Shown here: piece by piece, positions 37,053-49,212 of the stretch
How positions within the stretch are numbered: position 1 is the stretch's first letter
Layout of the letters: every line of letters starts with the position of its first letter
From: Parasitella parasitica NRRL 2501
Taxonomy: Eukaryota; Fungi; Mucoromycota
Assembly: GCA_025201805.1 (NCBI GenBank)
Contig: MU619258.1
Coordinates: forward strand, 209,590 to 273,589
Direction of reading: 5' to 3'
DNA: 64,000 nt
The notes under the pieces: generated by a model
The model's input: the letters and a program-made list of their open reading frames with translations, nothing else
Databases searched by the model: none
Told to the model about the DNA's origin: nothing
Translations under genes and position numbers: made by a program

Positions 37053-40000
37053 CCTATTATTTTCAGATGATGATGAAGAAAGTTTAGAAAAAAGGGGTTG
37101 GGAAAGATTTTGTTTATCTGAATGTTTTTACTCTTTTTAGGAAGTAGGATCCTTTTCCTTCCGATTGACTAGTCACGACGGTAAAAGGTTAACAAACAAT
37201 GATAACGCTATCATGCACCAAGTGAAAATGCGTTCAATTTCATTCAGATGTTTATATGCACTCGACTCGAATCTACTAACTTGAAACGTCTAAAAAGTCT
37301 ATTCAGAAAATATTTGCATTCATTATCCTTTGTATGCAATGTCATTTGGATTGCACACGTTATTCTATTGCATTTGTCATTCGCAAGCGAAGATAGTGCC
37401 TTTTTTTCTTTTTCTTTTTCGTATATTATTATCTTGTGTGTTTAGTCAGCTTTATTCAGATGACATGAAGTAAGGAAAAGTAATAGGCAGCAGAAACTCT
37501 TAAACATCAAATTACTTTTTTAAGGGGGTTTATGAAAAATCATTTAAAAAAATTAAGGTTGGTGGATCATTGAAAACTTCAAATTCAGGGCAGGCTGTTG
37601 AGCAGTGGGTATCGCACAGCACCTCTGATTTTCACCTCTGACTTTCTCTGGCTTCTTTTATGTTCAAACATGAAAAACCTCAAAAGAGATTTATATTGCA
37701 AAGCTTGTAATCTTGATTCCCTCTAAACTTTACACGGTGGGGTACGATTTTTAACCAAGAGTAAGGCTAGTCGTCAAAGCCTGTTTAAATAAGAGATTTT
37801 GAATATTCAGTCAAAAATATAAAGTTTAGCATTGGTTTCATTTAAAGCAATTACAAGCAATAGGTGGGAAATCTCTGAATCAGATAGAGATCATTTGTTA
37901 ACCCGAGAGCCGAATTATCTCTATCTGTTTAAATATATAGACTATGATGTGAGGAGTTGTAACAACTCGAACGTTTCTATCTAATTGTAAGCGCCGTAAA
38001 AGCTTGTGTGTTGCGTGGATTGGGAGAGTTTTGTAATATTTAATCTGTTATTGGGATGGATTGTGATATAAACTGCAACTGTAAAGAAGTTTAATATCTT
38101 CAAAACAGACAAGAGAAAATGCAACATTACAGACAATCGAGAGATTTATATGGCTAAGAAGTGGAAATAGCAAACATACAGATAATTTCTTGTATTATAC
38201 GACAATTATAAGTAATTACGTATTCATCTCAATACCAATCGATTACTCTGTTTTTGCTACAAAACTGAAAACCAAAGCGAATATTGTATGTTCCATATAG
38301 CCTTAAGCCTTTGTACTCTTGGTAGGGGGATAGTTTCGGTCAGGCCTCGTTTGCATATATCATTTTCAGCATATCCAAGCTATATATTATTTAAGGTAGG
38401 TATTACGCTATTCTTTGTAAATCCGTAGATATATGCCAATACAATTTAACTGATGATGTATTTTAAATTCAATACATGGCCATGCGTAGGACAACATATT
38501 TAACTTGTCTTAGATGAGCAATGCAGTTTCAATTGATAAAGACACAGAAAATAGAAAACGTATTGGATAAATTAGATGAGGTGATTTAATCAAATGGTGA
38601 ATTTTTGCGCATTAGAAGCAAATCAAGTTGTTGTACTGTATCTTTTTTTTTTTAGTACGAGGAGTAGGCACAGCTAATTGAAAGCAATATATTAATGCAA
38701 TGCTATGATACACTGTTGGTTTGGTTATTTAGGCATCGTAGGAGGCAAGACTCTTAAGGCGTTGTTTTGTTGAATAACTGTCGAGGCTTCTGAAAATTGC
38801 TTTATTTAAAAGTTAATAATTTACTATTCTAGCAATGAAAAGAACCATGAACACATCAAAAACGCTTTTCACATCATCAAATTCAATACATTCCAGATTG
38901 ACCAGATGCAATTACTTTGTGAACTATATTACGCAGATTCCTTATATTTGAATCTTTTTACACTGAATAGTTCAGATAAAAAATTTACTTTTCGCAACCC
39001 GAGAGGAATTATGGGCAAAGGGAAATGGTATGTAATTCAAGGATGAGGTTTGCAAGTTTGTAGAACTTATCGATTTACTTTTTAATTCTGATGCTGCCGA
39101 TCAGTTTACAAACAATGTCTGATATCCCATATATGGATGTGTACTACTAGTACGACTATTGACACTAGTTAGTATATATTTTATGGTGCCATTTGTGAAT
39201 CCACAGACAATAAAACACTGGAGTGCGTCTCCCTTTAAAAAAAAAAAAAATCCACAGACAACATTTTTTAACTTTTGGCCTCGATAACTAGAATTTTTAT
39301 GATCTGTTTAGCAAAAACAAAACGCTTTTATTTTAATCAGATCGTCTAAAACATGCCAATCCTTATACTTTGCTGTAACAATGCTTTTCAACATGATGAA
39401 AATTCTTTAAACATGGCGTTTATTGATGTTGTTTTTGGTAATGATGACTGCAGTGTTCCAAGCACCGAAGACCGAAAAACTCTGGTTTGATCACGTCGGG
39501 AGCAAAGCAAAGATAATACAGTAGAAGACATCAGAAAGAAGCAGAATAGAAAAGACTACTTTCGTTAATTATCAGAGATGTTTGGATACTCAGGGAAATG
39601 AACATTTTCTGGAAAATTAACATGTACAAAACAAGGGGCAGCTTTTCTCAGCATGGAAGATATTGGCAACATTATTAGTCGCCTTATTGAAGAAATTAAA
39701 AAGGAGCAAGAGACGGTAGAGCCAGGTTAGATATGCGTTATATTTATTCGCATACCCATGCATACATGCGGTTTATTTTTATCACTTTCATAAATAAAAG
39801 GAAGTGTAGATGAGTCGTTTTAGACGAATACAAGCACAGACATTAGATGAGATAGCTATATTATATGTATTCGAGCATAATACAGGGTCGAAAAGCCAAT
39901 TGCAAAATGAACATGAGGTAGAAAAGTAACAGGATCAAACTTGACTAAATGCCCCTTTGCCATATAGAGTTAAGAGTGCTAACATGAAAATTCGAGTCTT

Positions 40001-40328
40001 TTGTTCTTCAAATGACGCATCATCGAAAGCAAAGGTGTAACCATTGGTCACTAGTTTTCTGGATATATACTAAAGGTTCCGTTATATAATACTTGTCTAT
40101 AATTTTGCAACCAAACAACGTGCGAAAATTACATAAAAAAGTATCAAGAAAACCGGAAATCTTGCTTCGGGTGAAAACAATTCCTTGCCCTTTAACCCAC
40201 ACTGTGGTTTAATAAATTTTTTTGTAGGAACCCGAAAAAAAAAAAAAAAAAAAAAACACTTAAATTCTCCAGATTTTACCATTTTCCTTCCTTTTTTCTT
40301 TTCAAAATCGTTAAACATCCAAAATACA

Positions 40329-41350
40329 ATGTCGACCACAGTCAACCCAACAGCCACATTGAAGAAATCCCATCCATTCTACTTTGGTGGGGCAGCATCC
40401 TGCGTTGCCGCCATTGTTGTGCACCCATTTGACTTGACCAAGGTACGACTTCAAAATGCTAAGGGTAGTATGAATCATAGCATGCTTTCTACTATGATCA
40501 AAATCGCACAAAACGAAGGCTTTTTTAAGCTGTATGCTGGTTTATCAGCCTCTATATTAAGGCAGGCTACCTATTCCACTGTTCGATTCGGTGTTTATGA
40601 GAAATTAAAAGATTACATTCAATCCACAACCCAACAGAGTAAGTAATTTTTTTAAGGGGGAATGATAAAGGAGTGGTTGTGAGGGGGAGATCGAAAACAA
40701 TCGTTTTACGCTGGAATGACTCATCCAATAATATAGAAGTCAATGTTGGCCAATTGTTGATATGTTCCAGCGTTGCTGGTGCTCTTGGAGGAGCATGTGG
40801 TAATCCCGGTGATGTTATTAACGTTCGCATGCAGAATGACGGCCAACTGCCTCTTCATCAGCGTCGCAATTACAAACATGCCATTGATGGTATCATCCGC
40901 ATTAGTAAAGAAGAAGGTGCCAGTGCGCTATTCCGTGGCCTTGGCCCCAACATCAACCGAGCCATTTTAATGACTTCATCGCAGTGTGTTTCCTACGACA
41001 TTTTCAAATCGACCATTTTAAATCATACTTCTATGCAAGATGGTGTTGGTCTTCATTTAACATCTAGTGTCTTGGCTGGTTTGGTGGCCACCACCGTTTG
41101 CTCTCCTGTTGATGTAATCAAAACTCGCATCATGTCTGCAAGTACTGGTGATCATAGAATGTCAGCCACAATGATCATGAAGCAAATGTTCAAAACGGAG
41201 GGTATCAAATCTTTCTTTAAGGGCTGGACACCTGCCTTTATCCGTTTAGGCCCTCAGACTATTATCACATTTGTTGTATTGGAGCAATTCAAGACTTGGC
41301 ATGATATGTTTCAACAAGATCGACAATTAACTGTTGCCCATCAAATGTAA
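40329..41350 (+). CDS. DIC1: Mitochondrial dicarboxylate carrier
   Basis: HPFYFGGAASC, three PxDxxKxR-type signatures (PFDLTKVR, PGDVINVR, PVDVIKTR), RQATYSTVRFG and RLGPQT. Confidence 0.92.
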
Positions 41351-42134
41351 ATCAAGCATTTCTTCATATATATATTCCTTCATATACTCTCCTCCTTTTC
41401 CCCTCCTATCTTTCTTTTTATTTATGAAAAAAGAGTGCTCGCACACTCTTTTTGATCTTCATCGCTTCATAATAGACATAATAGACAATAAATCATGTTT
41501 CCATGGGAACACTTTTTTTTTTTTTTTTCCCTGTGATTCCCCTAGTTTTCCCAGATTTTCATGACAACTAAACTCAAAATGGATCCTTAATCCATCATAT
41601 ACGCATATGTGGGCGTGTGCACAATATTTATTTATACAGGGCAGTAGTATAATAGTAAACAAACAGAGATAAGATACCGATAATTCTTCGTATAAATCAA
41701 TACGTTTAAATTGACATGTGCACTTTCAGCCATGAACCCTGTCGCACAAGTATTCTTCACACAGAGCGAGCTATATTACTTTGACTTACCCCGCAAAAAT
41801 ATACCTTGCTCTGTATAATGATTACCCTTCTAGGCAATATTTAAAGGTTACTCGAGAACGATAATGATATCTATCAATGTGAGAGTGTCCCCACAGATGA
41901 CACTCTAACAGTCGCTATATAACATCCATATTCGTTTGACACACGACATTTCACATGGCTTAAGCTACTTTCCAGGTCAAATGATCTGAACTCTTCAATT
42001 ATGGTTTGATAGACATTCATCACTTTATTTGATCACATTGAATACTAAACTTTGACCAAAAAGAAAAGCAGTGGTCTCCGTTCTATTTAATGGTGTTTTT
42101 TTTGTTTTCTTTTTAATATTTTATCATATATCAA

Positions 42135-44517
42135 TCATCGCTGCTTATGGCCAGATGATTTTTTGGTCTCTTCTGTAGTTGTAGTCGTTGTCGAGCGAGA
42201 AGTAGCCTGGAAGTCTTGTAATGTATCTAGTACTCTTTTGCCCAATGCATAAATGTCGCCTTCTGGGTATTCTTCAGATGTTGTCATGGCTTTATTGTTT
42301 CCATCGACTATAATTTCTTGGCTCGCTGATTTCTTGCTGTTGGCTATACGGGTGATCGACTGAATAATTTCTTGAGAACTTACAATCTTGGCCATCAATT
42401 CAGGGCCTAGAAAAAAAAAAAAAAAAAAAAAGGTTAATATAGCGAATATACTAACAAATCTACCCACATCCTCCTTCAGCAAATTGCTCAATTGTCCAAA
42501 CGCCAATATGTTGAAATGCAACGCTGCTCCTTTCACTAGTAAACACACTTAGGTATCTATTTAGTCCTCCGTCTGGTGCATCCCAAGCCTTGATAAATGG
42601 TGTGTAATCTTTGACTATACAGATCATCAGTGCATGGTTTGATTCAATTCAAATTTTTACCTTACTCTTAGAGCTGAGGTTGCCAATAGCAGCAGCAGCA
42701 TTCCCCTGAACCTCGACATGATCATATTGTGTCATCGGAATCAATATCTCCAAGGTACCCATATACAGTAATCGAAGCTTCAACTCCTCACTAAGAGCCA
42801 GTACGGCAATCGCAGCAGTCATTTCTGTCTTGACGCTTACAGGTACTTGCTTAATCAAATACTTGATGCGTTCAACAGCGCCCGCTTCAACTATAGCTTT
42901 CTTGTTGCGTTCGGAGCTAGCAGCCAAATTCCTCAAGGTGGAGATTGCGTGGCATTGGATTTCTTCGTTATCGTCATATGAGAGTAGTTCGATCAATGGA
43001 TTGACAAACCCCTCGTCAATAATAGGCGACTCATTAGCCGGGTGGATTGAAATGTTGCGGATACAAGCTACAGAGGATAAAATCAATGGTAAAAATGAAG
43101 ATTTCAGTAGTCGAAGCAGCGGTGGCAAGCCCCTACATTGGACTATTTCCAACTGATATTTCTCTATATGATCCGATATTCAGGGGGTGTTTAGAATGCC
43201 TTTTTTTTTATTTGTTTGTTGGAATGAGGTTTTTCTTACCATCTGATGCAAGATTTCTTAATGCTAATGCCGCTTGACATTGAACCTTGAGGCTTTTTGT
43301 GTCCATCAACTGAATGAGATACTGTACTAATCGAGAATCTGATTGGGCCAGTTTCTTTCGATTGACAGCTTATATGCATAATCTGTTAGGCAAAACTGTT
43401 CTGGTCGCTCGTGAGTAGGTAATTTCTTACCATCAACAGCAATATTGCTCAGTGCTGTTGTGCAATAGTACTGAACGTCGGCATCATGAGAGCTCAATAA
43501 ACTAATAAGAATCGGTATAGCACCTGCATTAACTAGTTGCTGTCGGTTTTCCTCTAAACAATTTGTTAGGACAATGTAATGCGAATTGTAGGACCAGACT
43601 AACCAGTATGTGTCATATTCAGCAAAGCGCCTGTAGCATTTCGCTGCACCCTTTGGTCCTTTGATCTTGCCAGGTCAATGAGTAGACGCAGTGCCTCAGA
43701 ATTCGCAATACGGGATTTGTTTTCATCTATTACAGCGTCACTAAAAAGGAAATTCAAATAGTAAAGCCGCTTACCGTGTGTGGCCAAATTAGTGATACAT
43801 CCTACAGCATTGCACTGCACTTCTGCATTAGGACTACCCATTTGCCGAATGAGTTGATCCAACCCTCCCAACTTGACAATAAGCAACTTATTTTCAGCTA
43901 TCCAATATAAATGCGAATTAATAAAAAAAAAAAGGGGGGGTCGAGGAGATAAATTCTTGCTTCTTGCAAGGAATCTAATGAAATTTACTATTGACAGCCA
44001 GATTACCGAGAGCCGCACTAGAGGCTCTTTGCACCTCAACATCATGCGATTGCAACAGAAACAAAATAGGATCCAAAGTCTCGCGTCCTACCTGTCTAAC
44101 ATCTAGGAAGGATGAGGCTTGATGACATGCAAATATGTAGAGTATGTGCAGTGTACCTTTCTCTGTTATCTCTGCAAAAGCCAGAGCAGCTGATCTTTGC
44201 AAATCAACATTATCTGAATACGCCAGCGTAGAAAGTGCACTAAGAGGCTCACCCTCAAAGAAGTTTGTATTATTGCGGTCTATCATTGCCCAACGGTTTA
44301 GTAGTGCTTTTGTATGGGCAACATGCCTGAAACCCACATACTTTCAAGAAATTGAAGTAATCCAGTGATAGCTTCTCTTTCGTTCTCTTGCAAAAGAGGC
44401 TCATATAAGCCAGATTTGTTTTTCTCTACAGAGTTTGCGTTAGTCTACAGGTGAACACTTTGCAACTAAAAAGAACAGACTTCCACAACAACAGCAAGAA
44501 CTACAAGTATTTCCCAT
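42135..44517 (-). CDS. VAC8: Vacuolar armadillo-repeat protein Vac8
   Basis: N-terminal [11 protein letters not shown] (myristoylation/palmitoylation). [38 protein letters not shown] and [17 protein letters not shown]. Confidence 0.93.
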
Positions 44518-45090
44518 AATGCTTTTTTTTTTGTGAAAGTATAAGAAACAGAAAGGAGGGGAAATACAAACATTCAAGGAGTTTCATTATTGTAAGTGTG
44601 ATAGAATTTGCCCTTTTTAATATCTTTAAACAAAAAAGGAGTTGCAGGATGTTGCTGTAGCACCGTATGCCAAATGACGCTTTCGTCAAAAATTAGCTCG
44701 TGCTTTTTTTTTTACCGCACAAGTCGCATTTAAAGTATGGTTTCTCTGCAAAGATGTATACGTAGAGCGCTAACTGACGGTCAAAGAGTAGCTGAATACT
44801 CGGCTTCTCTTACTTTTTTAATCTCCATTGCGCATATAGAACACTGCATTGTCAAGATCACAAGTAATCCACTTGACCGATAAATTACGTCCTTTTTTTC
44901 AATGGACGCAAGTGCCAGATTGAGATTCTTTCAATGATAATTATTCCCGTTGCTTGAGATAACTTGTTGAAGACTTATGCTTGTTCTGCATTTGCATTAA
45001 CAAACAAAAAGTCTTGTGCGCATCATCATTTAATAAAATGAAAAAAGACATTGATACTGCTAGATCTTGAATGATTTCTTTCCATGTTGA

Positions 45091-45880
45091 GTAGAGAAAA
45101 TTACCTATACAACCATAACAGAGGCAGTGGCAGATTCACTATTAGAAAAAGAAGAAAGAAGCAGAGGGTAAAGTGGACCGTTACCAAGCTCAGTCGATTC
45201 CTTTGAAGCGAATGAGTCGTTCACTCTTGACGTAATGTCCAATTATAAGCAGTTCAAAGAAGTTGTCCTAATTCTCAAACACTCATATACACACACACAC
45301 ACACACACACACAAGTGTTGATATAACAACAAAAAAGGATACTAATTCCAGGCTTAGTAACGAGCAAGACGGGGAATACGAGATTCAACGAAAAGCGAAC
45401 GGTACTTGGAGTCCCTATTCTTTCTATTACGTCCCACAAATGCTTGCAAATGGTGACAGTCCTCTTAATAAGATGGTTCACATCTTCAGGGACCTCAGGA
45501 GCAAGACCGTCATTGGATTTCAGAATACGGGGGATCTTGCTATCAGTGATAAACTTGACTTGAGGAATTTAATTGAAAATCACTGGAAAAGAACACCAAC
45601 TCAAGCGGAAAGAGAGACCCTTTCTGGCGGTCTTGCAGGTATGCAAGATAACCTCTTTGGGAGTAGCCTTGACCCAAGAAGCGGGAGAGCGCTACCAGAG
45701 ATACTCTTTTACCTGAAGTATACATACGACTCATTTTGAATAGAAACTTTTCGGTGCAGAAAAAGACTGGAGCAAAGGGATGTGGAGGCATCCATCTAGC
45801 GAAGGCTATTAAGTCACAATCTGGCGAGTTCAACTTGGAAGAGACAGCCACTCAAAAGGGTTCCTTCAACGATTGGTAAA
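45091..45880 (+). pseudogene. Intronless decayed ORF of unknown origin
   Basis: Protein-like reading VEKITYTTITEAVADSLLEK..., one in-frame stop and a frameshift at the AC tract. It continues SVDITTKK...[16 protein letters not shown]...LPEILFYLKY. Confidence 0.35.
45289..45313. repeat. (AC)12 microsatellite
   Basis: Directly visible. Confidence 0.95.
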
Positions 45881-46060
45881 AGCTACAAGGCTCGAAAAAC
45901 TCTTCTATTGCATCTCTTTCATGCAATAAACGTGTGCCGCATACTTTGTACACAAATTTGGACGCATTTCCCAATACAATTTCAAGCACTGAACTGTACA
46001 CCTATCCCAAAGGTGAAATTACAAATCACACAAATTTTTTTGTCTGTTTGGCAACAATTC

Positions 46061-47905
46061 ATGTTCCGTCTTTTCAAAAGCACAACACTTCCTCGATTTA
46101 CTTTGGCCAAACGATATTTTACAATGGACAAAAGCCAGACATATGGCATAGCAAAGAACGGCATCACCATGAGGGTTGATTTGACCGAGAAAGAGGCCAA
46201 AATCTGCAATATACTTCAAGGGGTTTCGAGTTTTATCGCAAAAGAGAGACCAGAGTTGCCAAAGATCGAATCTCGCATTGCCGGTGGATGGGTTCGTGAT
46301 AAGGTATATACTGCCAACACGTTTATCAGCAATTCAACTGACCTATTCTTGTACAGCTTCTTGGTAAAGAATGCCATGATCTCGATGTTGCAATCAATGA
46401 TATGATGGGCTATGAATTTGCAACATACGTCAACAAGTATCTCGAAAGCCAAGGATTTCCTACAAGATTCATTGCGAAAATAGACAGCAATCCCGAGAAA
46501 TCAAAACATCTCGAAACCGCTACTACCAAATTATTCAATCAAGAAGTTGATTTCTGTAATTTGCGTACAGAAATCTATGAAGAAGGAAGCCGTATACCTT
46601 CACAAATCGTAAGTTGACTATTCCAATGCCCTTTCCTCTTGCACGACATTTTATCTGACTCCAACTAGACATTTGGTACGCCTAAAGAAGATGCTTATCG
46701 CCGCGATACAACTATCAATAGTTTGTTTTATAATGTCAATTTGCATCAAGTGGAAGATTTCACAAACCAGGTATGCGCTGTTTTTTGACTATTTGGAGCC
46801 CTTTTTTTTTCCAACGTATATCTTGTAGGGTATTCCAGATCTAGTCAAAGGACTGATTCGTACACCATTAGAGCCATTTGAAACATTTCGTGATGATCCA
46901 CTTCGTGTCATTCGTTGCATCAGATTTGCGAGTCGATTCAACTTTGAAATGGTGCCTGAATTATGTCAAGCAGCCAAAAATCCTGAAATCAAAGATGCTT
47001 TGATCAACAAAATTAGTAGAGAGCGTATTGGCATTGAATTCGACAAAATGATTGCTGGGCCTCACCCTCTTTTATCAATGCAACTGATCCATCGTCTGGA
47101 ACTATATCCTATCATCATGGCCACTCCTGGGATCAAAAGCGGTACAGTGGGCGATGCCAAGTTGGCAGTGCAAGCTGTGGGCATTTTGCAATGGTTGGAG
47201 CAGAAAGAAGGGTTCAATGCATCCTCCAAGGACGATAAAAGGACAATGATTCTGACCGCGAGCGTATTACCATTCTATGGAGCAGTTTCAGAATTCAAAA
47301 AGAAGGATGTCCCTGCAGTGCAGCTCGTATTGCGTGATTCTATAAAGGTAAAAAGAGATAAAAGATATGCTTCCCCCCCCCAAAAAAAAAAAAAGTGCTT
47401 GGGCTTATTGATATTTTTCAAGACAAACAATACAGACGTCTCTACTGTCAGCACTGTGTTCCGAGGCATTGATAGTCTGCATCATATGGCCAACAGCAAC
47501 CTGAACCAGCAGGTGAAACGCTCTGAATTGGGTATGCTCATCCGCGATTTAGGTGCGCTATGGCAAACAGCCGTTAAAATGGCTGCTGCCAAAGAACTGC
47601 TAGACGTATATCCCAATTTGAGTTGGTCTGAGGATCCTAGCGCCATCGATGCTCACACAGGCCAAGACATTTGCGATAAATACTATGCCTTGATCCAAGC
47701 TGCCAAGCAATATCAAATCACAGACTGCTATTCCTGGAAACACATTGTCGATGGGAAAAGGGCAGCACAGGTCGTCGGCATCAAGCCTGGACCCATTGTT
47801 ACTGAGTTGTTAAAGGTGCAGATGTCATGGCAGTTAGAGAATCCCAACGGAACAAAAGAAGAATGTGAGCAAGCTATCAGAGCATACTGGGAAAATAAAA
47901 AATGA
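46061..47905 (+). CDS. CCA1: Class II tRNA nucleotidyltransferase (CCA-adding enzyme)
   Basis: AGGWVRDKLLG..DLDVA, NPEKSKHLETA, VDFCNLRTE, EDAYRRDTTINSL, DDPLRVIRCIRF and ISRERIG. Confidence 0.93.
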
Positions 47906-47931
47906 GGTCCCCCCCCCCTTTTTTAGGTTGT

Positions 47932-49029
47932 TTATTTCTTTTGAAATGTAACTCTAACATTCAGCTTGTTCAATGGTTTGTATTCTGGCCTTTTCTCTTT
48001 CTGTGTTTGAGATTGTTGTGGTTTCGAGGATTCTCCAAACTCAGTTTTCATGAGTGAATCAAGCTGCATTTGCATTGTTTCTTCATAGGTGAGTTCGGGC
48101 GATAGACTTCTATCTTTGATTATATCTTTTAGTGGCATTAAAGGGCTCTTTTGCTGCTGCTCCAACACCAGATCATCCTCATCCGACAGACAGTCGAACT
48201 GCTGTTTGAGGGGTCTGCTCTCCTTTTCACCACTTGCAGTTTTGAGATGCGCTACCAGATTTCGCTTTCGTTTTTTCTCTACAGGAGCAGTAGGCGGTGT
48301 TTCTACAAAAGATGTTTCGTTTAACAGGCTGGCAATCGGTATAGGATGGTAAGTAGTGGGGTTGTTGCGGCAACACGGCACAGGATTGATCGGAATGGTT
48401 GAATTAGTTAGAGAGCGAGGTCTAGTAGTTGGAATATTATTATGGATAAATGTTAAATGAGAAGTAGGCCGAGGGTCAAATGCAAATATATCAAAGGCTT
48501 CCTGTTGATTGCTGTTTATTGACGGTGCTGGCATTATAGGTGCATTCAATAATGGCCTTTTCTTGATATTGTTCACTGGCACCTTCTTTTTGCTGCTTGT
48601 CTGTATTACGGCTTTTGCGTTCGTCTTTTTTGGCTTTGATCTTTTCCGTGTCAATTTAGGAGCTTCAGGGATTGCTCTTGTGGAGGCGACCATCACCTTG
48701 ATTTCTGCAAATTCGTCGAGTGAATCTGGAAAATCAAAAATAGTATCATCGACGTCTGGCGATGCTCTATTGCTTGTGGTTGATTTGGGAGGCGAGTTGG
48801 CCTTGTTTTCTTCAACTGCAGTATTAAGGGATGACGACGACGATGAAGATGATGATGATGAAATGCGCGATTGTAAAATGTCGACTAGGCTTGAGGTAGG
48901 CTGATGCTGTTGTCGATGTTGACATGATGGGATGCCATTTTGCTTGGGAGATGAAAACGTGTTTCCTCTTTTAAATTGATACACAGGCCTGGTTTTCTTT
49001 TGCTCTGTGAAAGCTGAGAGAACACTCAT
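47932..49029 (-). CDS. Hypothetical, largely disordered basic protein (365 aa, intronless)
   Basis: Long open ORF, Ser/Pro/Lys-rich, with NLS-like KKRKR. No family recognised. Confidence 0.65.
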   Translation of the reverse strand: MSVLSAFTEQKKTRPVYQFKRGNTFSSPKQNGIPSCQHRQQHQPTSSLVDILQSRISSSSSSSSSSSLNTAVEENKANSPPKSTTSNRASPDVDDTIFDFPDSLDEFAEIKVMVASTRAIPEAPKLTRKRSKPKKTNAKAVIQTSSKKKVPVNNIKKRPLLNAPIMPAPSINSNQQEAFDIFAFDPRPTSHLTFIHNNIPTTRPRSLTNSTIPINPVPCCRNNPTTYHPIPIASLLNETSFVETPPTAPVEKKRKRNLVAHLKTASGEKESRPLKQQFDCLSDEDDLVLEQQQKSPLMPLKDIIKDRSLSPELTYEETMQMQLDSLMKTEFGESSKPQQSQTQKEKRPEYKPLNKLNVRVTFQKK

Positions 49030-49212
49030 TTTCTGAGGAGTTGTGGGGGAACAAAAGATGTGTTTATATTTATATAGGAGGAACGCGGTGCAAAACCAAT
49101 TTGAACGCGAGTTGCCACTTTTGGGCTTCCTTGCAATTAGAGAGAAGGTAAATACACCCCCAGCGGGCGGTTGGGAAAAAAGAACTTTCTTTCATGTGGC
49201 ATCCCAACCAAA
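49030..49212. promoter_or_regulatory. Short bidirectional promoter with two GAACGCG (MCB-core ACGCG) elements
   Basis: 183 bp between divergent ATGs. ACGCG at 49083-49087 and 49105-49109. Confidence 0.4.

Noticed and set aside
37588-37650. tRNA-like start (GAGCAGTGGGTATCGCAC)
   Set aside because: No T-loop GTTCRA and no acceptor stem closure.
37053-40328. 3.3-kb gene-free interval with faint coding-like patches (~39430-39730)
   Set aside because: No sustained frame, motif or repeat could be supported by eye.
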